The notes under the pieces are model-generated. The model had not been told where the DNA came from and made no database searches. It saw nothing but the letters and a program-made list of their open reading frames with translations. A stretch of DNA of 55,134 nt, from the NCBI GenBank assembly GCA_001871415.1, contig MNWW01000006.1, positions 1-55,134 on the forward strand, in the 5' to 3' direction. Each line of letters starts with the position of its first letter. Position 1 is the first letter of the stretch. Position numbers and translations under genes: made by a program. The stretch comes from Candidatus Woesearchaeota archaeon CG1_02_57_44. Lineage in GTDB: Archaea; Nanobdellota; Nanobdellia; Woesearchaeales; CG1-02-57-44. Shown here one piece after another: positions 24,911 through 33,968 of the stretch.

Positions 24911-25357
24911 ATGCACTGCCCTATCTGCGGCCATACAGGCTCCAAGGTCCTTGACAAACGCGAGACACCAGATGGCGTATCAAACAGACGGCGACGCCAA
25001 TGCCTCAAGTGCAAGCGCAGGTTCACCACCTACGAGCGCCACGAGAAAGAGGACATCATCGTGGTCAAGCGTGACGGCAGTCGAGAGCTCTTTGAGCCAG
25101 GCAAGATACGCGGCGGCATCATGAAAGCGTTCTGGAAACGCAAGATAAGCGCCAAGACCATAGACGCGCTCGTCGAACAGATAGACAATGACATCCGGGC
25201 TTCTGGGGGCACCATCAAGAGCCGCAAGATAGGCGAGCTGGTCATGGAACACCTCAAGAAAGTCGACGAGGTCGCCTATATCAGATTCGCTTCTGTCTAC
25301 AGGAGGTTCAGCGACATCAAGAGCTTTGAGAAAGAGCTTGCGGAGCTGAAGAAATAA
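24911..25357 (+). CDS. nrdR: NrdR-type transcriptional repressor (zinc ribbon plus ATP-cone)
   Basis: MHCPICG...CLKCKRRFTTYER zinc ribbon, then an ATP-cone (VVKRDGSRELFEPGKI...VAYIRFASVYR). TATA CCTATTTATACC about 27 nt upstream of ATG 24911. Confidence 0.85.
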   Translation: MHCPICGHTGSKVLDKRETPDGVSNRRRRQCLKCKRRFTTYERHEKEDIIVVKRDGSRELFEPGKIRGGIMKAFWKRKISAKTIDALVEQIDNDIRASGGTIKSRKIGELVMEHLKKVDEVAYIRFASVYRRFSDIKSFEKELAELKK

Positions 25358-25424
25358 GATAGCCGTGACACAAGGAACCGCTGTGCAGAACAGGATAGAA
25401 ATGAGCATAGGAGAACGAAGCATC

Positions 25425-25994
25425 ATGACACAGAACCATTGCATCGCGCTGGTGGGCATGCCTGGCTCGGGCAAGAGCACAATCGCGGGATTGCTCAAAA
25501 AACATGGCTACGCCACCTTGCGCTTCGGCGACATCACGGAAAAATCCTTGATCGCCCAAGGCAAGCAGGTCAATGAGCAGAATGAACGGGCGTTTCGGGA
25601 GAACATCAGAAAAGAGCACGGCATGGCAGCCTACGCCATACGCAACCTGCCGGAGATACAGGCATTGCTCAGCAAAGGAAATGTCGTCGCTGATGGCCTG
25701 TATAGCTGGGAGGAATACATGCATCTTCGCGAGAAGCTGGGCAGCAGGCTCATTGTCGTGCACGTGTACAGCAGCCCATCGCTTCGCTATCATCGCCTCG
25801 GCAGCAGGGCGCATCGCCCGCTGACCGCAGAGGAAGCGAGGAGCCGCGACCACGCGGAGATAGAGCAGCTCAACAAGGGCGGCCCGATAGCCATGGCAGA
25901 CTTCGTTGTCCCAGAGTGCGATCTAGACACATTGCCACGAGAAGTCGATAAACTAGTCGCGACGTGCCAGCAACAGCAAGCGGGGAAGGAGTGA
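25425..25994 (+). CDS. UPF0200-like P-loop nucleotide kinase-family protein
   Basis: Walker A GMPGSGKST, DGLYSWEE, SSPSLRYHRLGSR and IAMADFVV blocks, as in the archaeal dephospho-CoA-kinase-like/UPF0200 family. Confidence 0.6.
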   Translation: MTQNHCIALVGMPGSGKSTIAGLLKKHGYATLRFGDITEKSLIAQGKQVNEQNERAFRENIRKEHGMAAYAIRNLPEIQALLSKGNVVADGLYSWEEYMHLREKLGSRLIVVHVYSSPSLRYHRLGSRAHRPLTAEEARSRDHAEIEQLNKGGPIAMADFVVPECDLDTLPREVDKLVATCQQQQAGKE

Positions 25995-25998
25995 TACC

Positions 25999-26988
25999 AT
26001 GCCAACCATAGGAATCTACGACGTCAAGGAATTCGAGCAGTCCTACTATCACCGGGCGCTCAAGAACTACACTATCCACCTATATGAGGAAAGCTTTCCA
26101 GAAAATCCCAAGCAGCACGATATCATCTCTGTGTTCACGGGCCATGATATCACTGCAGAATTACTCAAGAAGCATCCACGCATCAAGATGATCGCCACGC
26201 GCAGCACGGGCTATGACCATATCGACCTTGCGGCCTGTAAGAAGCGCAGAGTCATTGTCTCCAATGTCCCTCGTTATGGAGAAAACACCGTCGCCGAGCA
26301 CGCGTTCGCGCTGCTGCTCGCAATCAGCCGCAAGGTGCTGCCAGCAGTGCAGCGCACCAGGATGGGCAGCTTCTCGCGCGAAGGCCTCACCGGCTTTGAC
26401 CTGAAAGGCAAGACCGCTGGCGTCGTCGGAACGGGTAGGATAGGGCAGCATTTCATACGCATGGCCAAAGGATTCGGCATGGAGGTGCTCGCTCAGGACC
26501 CATATCCGAACCACGACGCCGCGACACAACTGGGCTTCACCTACACCAGCATGCCAACGCTCCTCGCCAAAGCGGATATCATCAGTCTACACGCGCCGCT
26601 CACCAAGAAGACCAGGCACCTTATCGGAGGCAAGGAAATATCTCGGATGAAAAAGGGCAGCATCATCATCAATACCAGCCGCGGTGGGCTCATCAACACC
26701 AAAGCGCTCCTGAAAGGGCTCATGAGCGGACGCATCGCAGGAGCCGGATTAGATGTCCTCGAGGAAGAGGACTTCATCCAGGAAGAAGCGGAGCTGCTCT
26801 GGGCGCATGACACCAAGCGCATCAAGCTCGCGCTGCAGAACCACGTGCTGCTGCACATGGACAATGTGCTCATCACTCCGCACAACGCGTTCAACAGCCA
26901 AGAAGCGGTCATGCGCATCATGAAGACCACGGTGGAGAACATCAAGGCGTTCAGCGTGGGGAAACCGCAGAACACGGTGCATGCGTAA
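25999..26988 (+). CDS. D-isomer-specific 2-hydroxyacid dehydrogenase (D-lactate dehydrogenase-like)
   Basis: NAD motif GVVGTGRIGQ, a catalytic R (INTSRGG), E (LDVLEEE) and H (ITPHNAF) pattern. Confidence 0.8.
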   Translation: MPTIGIYDVKEFEQSYYHRALKNYTIHLYEESFPENPKQHDIISVFTGHDITAELLKKHPRIKMIATRSTGYDHIDLAACKKRRVIVSNVPRYGENTVAEHAFALLLAISRKVLPAVQRTRMGSFSREGLTGFDLKGKTAGVVGTGRIGQHFIRMAKGFGMEVLAQDPYPNHDAATQLGFTYTSMPTLLAKADIISLHAPLTKKTRHLIGGKEISRMKKGSIIINTSRGGLINTKALLKGLMSGRIAGAGLDVLEEEDFIQEEAELLWAHDTKRIKLALQNHVLLHMDNVLITPHNAFNSQEAVMRIMKTTVENIKAFSVGKPQNTVHA

Positions 26989-27115
26989 GGCCCAGAGCAA
27001 GGCTGGTGCACCAAGCACCTGGTCGGACATATACCTGCCAGCACTCATAAAAAATCGTCCCCTCTGCGCACCCATCAACCATACCCATAAATAGCGCCGC
27101 ATTTCACCAGCTGGT

Positions 27116-29398
27116 ATGGGCAGCCAGCACGCATCCCTGCAGGCGTTCTACGCCAGCCTCGCTGAGCGTCAGGCAGCGACGCGAAAACTTCTTGGCAGAC
27201 CACTCACGCTGACAGAAAAAATCGTCTATGCTCATCTCGCTGGCGCTTCTCATGAAGCCCAAGAATACAAGCGCGGCAGTAATTATGTGGAACTCAACCC
27301 CGACCGCGTCGCCATGCAGGACGCGACAGCCCAGATGGCCGTGCTGCAATTCATGACCGCGGGAAAAAGCAAGAGCGCTGTTCCCGCCAGCATCCATTGT
27401 GATCATCTCATCCAGGCGCGACAAGGGGCGGACAATGATCTGGCTGCAGCAGAACTGGAAAACAACGAGGTCTACGCGTTCCTTCGCAGCGCTGCCCGCA
27501 GATATGGCATGGACTTCTGGAAGCCTGGCGCGGGAATCATCCATCAAGTGGTACTGGAGAACTTCGCGTTCCCTGGCGGCCTGCTCATCGGCACGGACAG
27601 CCATACGCCAAACGCCGGCGGCCTTGGCATGCTGGCTATCGGTGTCGGCGGCGCTGACGCTGTGGACGCCATGGCAGGATTGCCCTGGGAAGTGCAGATG
27701 CCAACAGTCTACGGCATTGTGCTCAAAGGCAGCCTGCGTGGATGGGCCAGCCCGAAGGACATCATATTGAAGCTCGCGGGCATGATCAGCGTCAAAGGCG
27801 GCACGGGCGCGGTGCTCGAGTATATTGGTGGTGATTTGTCCTGCACGGGCAAAGCAACGGTCTGCAACATGGGCGCTGAAGTAGGCGCGACCTGCTCGGT
27901 GTTTGGCTATGACACAGCCATGGCCGATTACCTTCACGCGACGGGCAGAGGCGAGCTCGCCGCGCTCTGCGACGCGAACAAGGAATCGCTGCAGGCAGAC
28001 CCTGAGGTGCTGGCAGATCCTTCTCGCTATTATGATAAGGTCATCACCATCAACCTGGACACGCTGCAGCCGTACCTGAACGGACCGTTCACGCCGGACC
28101 GGGCAACGCCTGCCGCTGATATGCACCGGGTCGCGCAACAGGAAGGATGGCCAACACGCATCAGCGCGTGCCTCATCGGCTCATGTACCAACAGCAGCTA
28201 TGAGGACATCGAGCGCTGCGCCAGCATCGCGAAAGCAGCCATCGCCCAAGGCCTGCGCGCGAGCGTACCCTTCTATGTCACACCTGGCAGCGAGACCATA
28301 CGCCAGACCATAGAGCGCGACGGGCAGCTCGCGATTCTTAAGGATTTTGGCGCAACGGTCCTCGCCAATGCCTGCGGACCGTGCATAGGCATGTGGAAAA
28401 GAGAGGTCAAAGAGAAGAACACCATCGTCACAAGCTTCAATCGCAACTTCGCCAAGCGCAATGATGGCAGTGCCCTCACGCATGCGTTCGTCGCGAGCCC
28501 TGAACTGGTAACGGCCCTCGCTATCACGGGCGAGCTTGGATTCAACCCCTTGACGGACAGGATCAATGGCGCGTTGCTCTCGGCCCCGATCGGCGATGCG
28601 CTTCCTGCCAAAGGATTCTCCGGAGCGCAGATGGTCGAGCAGACGCATGAGCCAGACACGCCCGTCATCGTCTCGGCCAACAGCAAACGCCTCGCGCTGC
28701 TCGAGCCGTTTCCGACAGGGGATGACAAGGACCTACACCTGCGCCTGCTCATGAAGACAGCAGGCAAGTGCACCACGGACCATATCAGCATGGCAGGCCC
28801 CTGGCTGGCGCTTCGAGGTCATCTTGACAAGATATCCGAGAATATGTTCCTTGGCGCGACCAATGCCATCACGGGAGAGACGGGAAAGGTGAGCATCGGC
28901 AACAGCGCATCGCTTCCGGTCACGCCTGCGCGGGCGGCACGCGAGCTGCAGAAAGCAGGCATATCGTGGTTCATTGCTGCTGAAGAGAACTACGGCGAAG
29001 GCAGCAGCCGGGAACATGCGGCCATGGAGCCACGACACCTTGGCTGCAGGGCCATTGTCTGCAAGAGCTTCGCGCGCATCCATGAGACCAATCTCAAGAA
29101 GCAGGGAGTCTTGCCCTTGACGTTTGTCGAGCCAAAGGATTACGACCTGCTCGCGCATGGCGATGAGCTGCTCATCCCTGCAACAGCGATTGCTGTGGGC
29201 AAGGACGTCCGGGCGACACTCACGCATACCGATGGAAGCACTGATCCGCTTACGCTGCGCCACACACTCAATGAGCAGCAACTACGCTGGTTCATCGCGG
29301 GCTCAGCGCTCAATGTCATCAGGCAAAGAACAGAAGAGAACAACAAGCCTGCGGAGAACAAAGACCTGATTATAGATGACCCCTCCCTTGAGACCTAG
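27116..29398 (+). CDS. acn: Aconitate hydratase (about 760 aa, mitochondrial-type)
   Basis: RPLTLTEKIVYAHL, IHCDHLI, GTDSHTPNAGGLG, LIGSCTNSSYED, ANACGPCIG and the swivel-domain NYGEGSSREHAA. TATA about 26 nt upstream of the ATG. Confidence 0.9.
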   Translation: MGSQHASLQAFYASLAERQAATRKLLGRPLTLTEKIVYAHLAGASHEAQEYKRGSNYVELNPDRVAMQDATAQMAVLQFMTAGKSKSAVPASIHCDHLIQARQGADNDLAAAELENNEVYAFLRSAARRYGMDFWKPGAGIIHQVVLENFAFPGGLLIGTDSHTPNAGGLGMLAIGVGGADAVDAMAGLPWEVQMPTVYGIVLKGSLRGWASPKDIILKLAGMISVKGGTGAVLEYIGGDLSCTGKATVCNMGAEVGATCSVFGYDTAMADYLHATGRGELAALCDANKESLQADPEVLADPSRYYDKVITINLDTLQPYLNGPFTPDRATPAADMHRVAQQEGWPTRISACLIGSCTNSSYEDIERCASIAKAAIAQGLRASVPFYVTPGSETIRQTIERDGQLAILKDFGATVLANACGPCIGMWKREVKEKNTIVTSFNRNFAKRNDGSALTHAFVASPELVTALAITGELGFNPLTDRINGALLSAPIGDALPAKGFSGAQMVEQTHEPDTPVIVSANSKRLALLEPFPTGDDKDLHLRLLMKTAGKCTTDHISMAGPWLALRGHLDKISENMFLGATNAITGETGKVSIGNSASLPVTPARAARELQKAGISWFIAAEENYGEGSSREHAAMEPRHLGCRAIVCKSFARIHETNLKKQGVLPLTFVEPKDYDLLAHGDELLIPATAIAVGKDVRATLTHTDGSTDPLTLRHTLNEQQLRWFIAGSALNVIRQRTEENNKPAENKDLIIDDPSLET

Positions 29399-29443
29399 GC
29401 CATAACAAGAATACAACGAGGGAGAAAACAACGAGGGAACAAC

Positions 29444-30685
29444 ATGCGCATCACCTTTGACGAACAGGGACTACACGTGCCAGAGCATCCGGACATCGCG
29501 CTCATCGCCGGCGATGGCATCGGCCCGGATGTCAGTTCCACGGGTTGCGCAGTGATAGACGCGGCAGTCAAGCAGGCCTATGGCGGAACACGTGCCATTG
29601 CCTGGGTGCCTGTGCTTGCGGGTGAAGCAGCATTCGCGAAGACGGGCGAATGGTTACCCAAGAAAAGCCTGGATTTGCTGCGCGCGTGCCGCGTCGGCAT
29701 CAAAGGGCCGTTGACCACCCCTATCGGCGGTGGCATCCGGAGCCTGAACGTGACCATCCGGCAGGAACTTGATTTATACGCCTGCGTGCGGCCGGTCAAG
29801 TGGTATTCTGGCATTCCTGCGCCGGTCAAGGAGCCAGAGAAGCTGGACGTCGTCATCTTCCGCGAGAATACCGAGGATGTCTATGCAGGCATCGAATGGA
29901 AAGCAGGAAGCAAGGAGGCGGACAAGGTCATCACCCTGCTCAACAGTATTAGCACAGGCACGAGCCATCCGCTGCTCTCCGGACAGACCGGCATCGGCAT
30001 CAAACCCATCAGCGAGGAGGCGACGAAGAGAATCGTGCGCGCGGCGATCAGCTATGCGCTGCAGCAGGGGCGGCGCAAAGTCACCATCGTCCACAAAGGC
30101 AACATCATGAAATTCACCGAAGGTGCGTTCCGGGATTGGGCATATGAGGTCGCGGCGGAATTCCCGCAGGTCGTAATCGAAGGAAAGCAGGGAGCAGCTG
30201 AAGGGTCGTCTACAGACAGGAGAGGAAAACCTGCTCAACCGCTGCTCGTCAATGACCGCATCGCGGACGCCATGTTCCAGCAGCTGCTCCTGCGCCCTGA
30301 TGAGTATGATGTCATCGTGACCAGCAACCTGAACGGCGACTATCTCTCGGACGCGTGCGCCGCGCAGGTCGGAGGGCTGGGAGTAGCGCCAGGCGCGAAC
30401 ATCAATTACGAGCGAGGACTTGCTGTGTTTGAGGCGACGCATGGGACAGCGCCAAAGTACGCTGATCTGGACAAGGTCAATCCTGGCTCCTTCATCTTAT
30501 CCGGCGTCATGATGCTCGAGCATCTGGGTTGGCAGGAGGCCGCGGAATTGATTGTGCACGGATTGACACGCGCCATCGCGAACAAGAATGTCACCTATGA
30601 CCTCGCGCGGCAGATGGACGGCGCGACAGAAGTCTCCTGCTCAGGATTTGGCAGGGAGATAATCCGGCTGATGGGAAGCAGGTAG
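29444..30685 (+). CDS. icd: NADP-dependent isocitrate dehydrogenase (prokaryotic homodimeric type)
   Basis: [62 protein letters not shown]. The 45-nt spacer after acn carries GAGGG SD-like repeats. Confidence 0.9.
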   Translation: MRITFDEQGLHVPEHPDIALIAGDGIGPDVSSTGCAVIDAAVKQAYGGTRAIAWVPVLAGEAAFAKTGEWLPKKSLDLLRACRVGIKGPLTTPIGGGIRSLNVTIRQELDLYACVRPVKWYSGIPAPVKEPEKLDVVIFRENTEDVYAGIEWKAGSKEADKVITLLNSISTGTSHPLLSGQTGIGIKPISEEATKRIVRAAISYALQQGRRKVTIVHKGNIMKFTEGAFRDWAYEVAAEFPQVVIEGKQGAAEGSSTDRRGKPAQPLLVNDRIADAMFQQLLLRPDEYDVIVTSNLNGDYLSDACAAQVGGLGVAPGANINYERGLAVFEATHGTAPKYADLDKVNPGSFILSGVMMLEHLGWQEAAELIVHGLTRAIANKNVTYDLARQMDGATEVSCSGFGREIIRLMGSR

Positions 30686-30947
30686 GAAAAAGAGCCATTC
30701 CGCCTTCGTTCTGTACGCTGCCGCTCTGAAAGAGGAGTAAGCCATGGAACTTCTGTGACCCCTATCTTTGTGCTGGGTTCTGGACACCGAGCAGCACTAT
30801 CTTTCGCGCCAGACCTTGCGCTCAGGGCATGGGGAACGGCAACATGCACAACTGCCCTCACCTCATCCCTCTGACAGATTTCAGCGCAAAGGACCCCTGT
30901 TGGAGGATCCATCAAATATCAGCGCACCCGGTCAACCAGCAGGCCCG

Positions 30948-31568
30948 TCAGTCGTTGCGCTTCGAGAGCACCAGCAGCTGCAGGATCCTGATGAAGATGT
31001 TCAGAAAATCCAGGTAGAGCGCGAGCACCGCGTCAGTCACCTGGCTATCCTGGTAGTTGCGCAGTATCATGGACATATCGTACATGACGAAGCCCAGGAA
31101 TATCAGCAGGACGGCCGCGTCGATGATGATGCCGAACAGTCCATTGCCCACAAAGATATTGATGAGCGAGGCGATGATGAGCCCAAACAGCATGAACATG
31201 AGGAACACCCCTATGGAACGGAAATCCTTGCCGGTCTTGTAGACATAGGCCGCAAGCCCTCCGAACACCAGGGTAGTGAGACCGAGCGCCTGCAACACGA
31301 TGGATGGGCCGCCGACCAGTCCGGCCCAATACACGATAGGCGCGGTGGTGATGCCTGTCAAGAGCACGAAGGTATACAGCAAAGACTTCGGAAATCCACC
31401 TTTGCGGCGCAGGAAAAGCGTCGCAATGAGGATGACAAACTCCGCTATCACGATAGGGATAAAAAGTATGGGAGGGATGAAGAACCCGATGAAGACTCCC
31501 AGGGTAGCGATCAGCAATGAGCCCGCGAACATCGGGATGACTTTCCTGTTGAAGATTGACTTGTCCAT
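30948..31568 (-). CDS. Bax inhibitor-1/YccA (TMBIM) family membrane protein
   Basis: Seven hydrophobic segments and the C-terminal family block AVLALYLDFLNIFIRILQLL. Start trimmed to MDKSIF (31568), 26 nt downstream of a TATA (revcomp GAATATAAAG). The upstream ORF extension only translates tandem repeats. Confidence 0.75.
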   Translation of the reverse strand: MDKSIFNRKVIPMFAGSLLIATLGVFIGFFIPPILFIPIVIAEFVILIATLFLRRKGGFPKSLLYTFVLLTGITTAPIVYWAGLVGGPSIVLQALGLTTLVFGGLAAYVYKTGKDFRSIGVFLMFMLFGLIIASLINIFVGNGLFGIIIDAAVLLIFLGFVMYDMSMILRNYQDSQVTDAVLALYLDFLNIFIRILQLLVLSKRND

Positions 31569-31598
31569 AGGAGGAGGTGAAATGTTCCTCTTTATATT

Positions 31599-31676
31599 CC
31601 TGATGGATGTGGATGTGTTCCTGTCCTGATGGATGCGGATGTGTTCCTGTCCTGATGGATGCGGATGTGTTCCTGA
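31599..31676. repeat. Three tandem 26-nt repeats (CCTGATGGATG[T/C]GGATGTGTTCCTGT) abutting the BI-1 promoter
   Basis: Units at 31599-31624, 31625-31650 and 31651-31676. Confidence 0.9.
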
Positions 31677-31708
31677 GGGATGGCGAGAAACCGCGCAGCC
31701 GAAAAGGA

Positions 31709-31746
31709 CGAAGAGCAAGGCACGAAGAACGAAGAGCAAGGCACGA
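31709..31746. repeat. Two direct repeats CGAAGAGCAAGGCACGA, period 21 nt
   Basis: 31709-31725 and 31730-31746. Confidence 0.85.
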
Positions 31747-32002
31747 CCAATGATAGGCTCATACAACCACTTCATATAACCACTTCAATCCACTTCACTG
31801 CGCCTTTGCCATTGACCGGGCAGACGTTCTTTGCCTCAGGAAGCAGCATGTCATGAGGCAGCACGGCTTTTGGTTTTACCACTTGTTCGATAACCGGTTC
31901 TGTAACTGGCCCCCTAACCATACGAGCCCGCGCGCTGCGGCGCGTACGGCTGTCCAGAAGCAGGTAGCGGGCAGACCCGCCCGGCAGGACACAACCGTTA
32001 AT

Positions 32003-32010
32003 TTTATAAA
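32003..32010 (+). promoter_or_regulatory. TATA box of the uL1-uL10-P1 operon (predicts a 5' UTR of about 70 nt)
   Basis: TTTTATAAA. No ATG occurs between the predicted start site (about 32032) and the rpl1 ATG at 32103. SD AGGAGG at 32087-32092. Confidence 0.45.
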
Positions 32011-32068
32011 CCAATCCCTGTTTTCCCTCGCAACACAGTCACAGACTATCAAAATACCATCCCAGCGA

Positions 32069-32088
32069 CTACTGCAAACGTGCAGTAG
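32069..32088 (+). promoter_or_regulatory. Perfect 8-bp hairpin in the rpl1 leader, overlapping the SD by 2 nt
   Basis: CTACTGCA-AACG-TGCAGTAG. The 3' arm ends in the AG that begins AGGAGG. Confidence 0.5.
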
Positions 32089-32102
32089 GAGGGTGCACAA
32101 CC

Positions 32103-32747
32103 ATGGATAAAAAAACATTCATCAAAGTCGTATCAGACGCGCGCAAAGAGAGCAAGAAGCGCAACTTCTCCCAGAAGTTTGATTTAATCATCAACCTGGA
32201 GAATATTGATCTTAAGAAACAGCAGGTGGATTTTTACGCCACGCTTCCACACCTGCGCGGCAAGCAGCTTCGCACTTGCGCGCTCGTCGGCCTTGAACTG
32301 GCAGATGAAGCCAAGGCCAACTGCACCAAGACCCTCACGCAGGAAGAGTTTGTGCAGTTCCAGAAGAAGCGCGATATCGTAAAGCTCGCTGATGAGTTTG
32401 ATTTCTTCATCGCTCAGGCCAATATCATGGCAAAAGTCGCGACGGTCTTTGGCCGTGTTCTTGGTCCCAGGAACAAGATGCCCAATCCCAAGGCAGGATG
32501 CGTCGTTCCTCCGAAGACCAATCTCCGGCCTCTTATCGAGCGCCTGGAAAAGACCGTCAGAGTCCAGGCCAAAAAGCAACTACTCATCCAGGTCATGGTG
32601 GGAAGTGAGGAGATGCCTGATGACGCTGTGGCGGAAAACGCCGCAAGCGTCGCGGACCAGCTCATCCATCACCTTCCTGGCGGAAAGAATAACGTGAAGA
32701 GCATGTACCTGAAAACAACCATGGGCAAGGCGGTGAAGGTCGCATGA
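32103..32747 (+). CDS. rpl1: 50S ribosomal protein uL1
   Basis: 214 aa; KRNFSQKFDLIINL, MPNPKAGCVVPP. Confidence 0.9.
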   Translation: MDKKTFIKVVSDARKESKKRNFSQKFDLIINLENIDLKKQQVDFYATLPHLRGKQLRTCALVGLELADEAKANCTKTLTQEEFVQFQKKRDIVKLADEFDFFIAQANIMAKVATVFGRVLGPRNKMPNPKAGCVVPPKTNLRPLIERLEKTVRVQAKKQLLIQVMVGSEEMPDDAVAENAASVADQLIHHLPGGKNNVKSMYLKTTMGKAVKVA

Positions 32748-33616
32748 GCAGCACAGAAACCTATACTGCCAGTTCCTACACGGCGAAAGCCGCCCAGGCA
32801 AAGAAGGATGTCGTCGCTGAACTCGTCGACCTCATGAAGAGCCATAAAGTCATAGCCGCGGTTGACATGATGAATCTGCCCGCAGCGCAGCTGCAGAGCA
32901 TCAAAGCCAGCATCAGGAGCACTGTTATTTCGCGGATGGCCAAGCAGCGCCTCATCAGGATCGCCATCGACCAGGCAGGCATCGAGGGCCTTGACAAGCT
33001 AAAGGAGAAGCTCACGGGCATGCCCGCGCTGCTGTTCACCAATGACGATCCGTTCCTGCTCTACAAGAAGCTATCCAAATCAAAGACTAAGGCACCTATG
33101 AAGGCAGGCCAGCAGGCACCTGAGGACATTGTGGTTCCAGCAGGACCGACGTCCTTCACGCCCGGCCCGATGATCTCAGAGCTCGCCAGCGTAGGCATAA
33201 AGACCAAGGTAGACGGTGGAAAAATATCAGTCATCAAGGATACCGTGGTGGCCAAGGAAGGCGAAGTCATCGACGCCAAGAAAGCTTCAGTGCTCTCGCG
33301 CCTGGATATCAAACCCATGCCTATCGGCCTTAACATGACCGCAGCGTGGGAAGGAGGCGTCATCTACGCCAAGAGCATCCTCGCGGTCGATGAGCAAGAA
33401 TACCTGAACAACATCAAGATAGGCCATCTGAACGCATTCGCGCTCGCCATGCATGTCGGCCATCCAGCCCCTGAAGTCGTGCGGGCCAACATCACCAAAG
33501 CGCAGCGCATCAGTGTCGGCATCGCGCTCCACTGCGCCATACCGACGAAAGATACCATCGGGATACTCATGGCACGGGCAGTCGCCCATGCCAATGCGGT
33601 TAACGCACACGTGTAG
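32744..33616 (+). CDS. rplP0: 50S ribosomal protein uL10 (acidic ribosomal protein P0 homologue)
   Basis: 290 aa, ATGA overlap with the rpl1 stop. Archaeal P0 architecture and position between uL1 and P1. Confidence 0.85.
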   Translation: MSSTETYTASSYTAKAAQAKKDVVAELVDLMKSHKVIAAVDMMNLPAAQLQSIKASIRSTVISRMAKQRLIRIAIDQAGIEGLDKLKEKLTGMPALLFTNDDPFLLYKKLSKSKTKAPMKAGQQAPEDIVVPAGPTSFTPGPMISELASVGIKTKVDGGKISVIKDTVVAKEGEVIDAKKASVLSRLDIKPMPIGLNMTAAWEGGVIYAKSILAVDEQEYLNNIKIGHLNAFALAMHVGHPAPEVVRANITKAQRISVGIALHCAIPTKDTIGILMARAVAHANAVNAHV

Positions 33617-33628
33617 GAGGAGAAAACA

Positions 33629-33937
33629 ATGGAATACGTCTACGCAGCAATGTTGATTCACAAGGCCGGTAAGGACATTACCGAGGATACTGTTTCGTCC
33701 GTGCTCAAAGCGGCTGGCGTCGCGGTTGACGAGGCAAAGGTCAAGGCCCTGTGCGCGGCCCTGAAGGATGTGGATATCGAAGCAGCCATCAAGGAAGCCG
33801 CCGTCACTCCTGTCGCCGCTGTAGCAGCAGCCCCCGCATCCGCGGGCGCAGCTGAACAGAAGGAAGACAAGAAGGAAGAAGACGAGAAGAAGAACGAAGA
33901 GGCGGCAGCAGCCGGCCTTGGCGCTCTTTTCGGATAA
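33629..33937 (+). CDS. rpl12: 50S ribosomal stalk protein P1 (aL12)
   Basis: [11 protein letters not shown]..., an Ala/Glu/Lys-rich hinge and the C-terminal GLGALFG. SD TAGGAGGAG upstream. Confidence 0.9.
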   Translation: MEYVYAAMLIHKAGKDITEDTVSSVLKAAGVAVDEAKVKALCAALKDVDIEAAIKEAAVTPVAAVAAAPASAGAAEQKEDKKEEDEKKNEEAAAAGLGALFG

Positions 33938-33968
33938 ATAATCACACAACGCACCTGGTTGAGCACTC

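Noticed and set aside
27104-28138. Long antisense ORFs opposite real genes (27104-28138 opposite acn, 46901-48238 opposite cca/IMPase, 29774-30442 opposite icd, 1634-2404 opposite kef, 51337-52101 opposite serA, and others)
   Set aside because: These are high-GC stop-codon-poor antisense frames. They have Arg/Ala/Gly/His-rich composition and no motifs. In each case the opposite strand carries an unambiguous conserved enzyme.
31772-32014. 80-aa minus-strand ORF between the BI-1 repeats and the rpl1 promoter
   Set aside because: It has no motif. The A/T box at 32003-32010 overlaps its own start codon and fits better as the rpl1 operon promoter. The composition is unremarkable. It is left unannotated.
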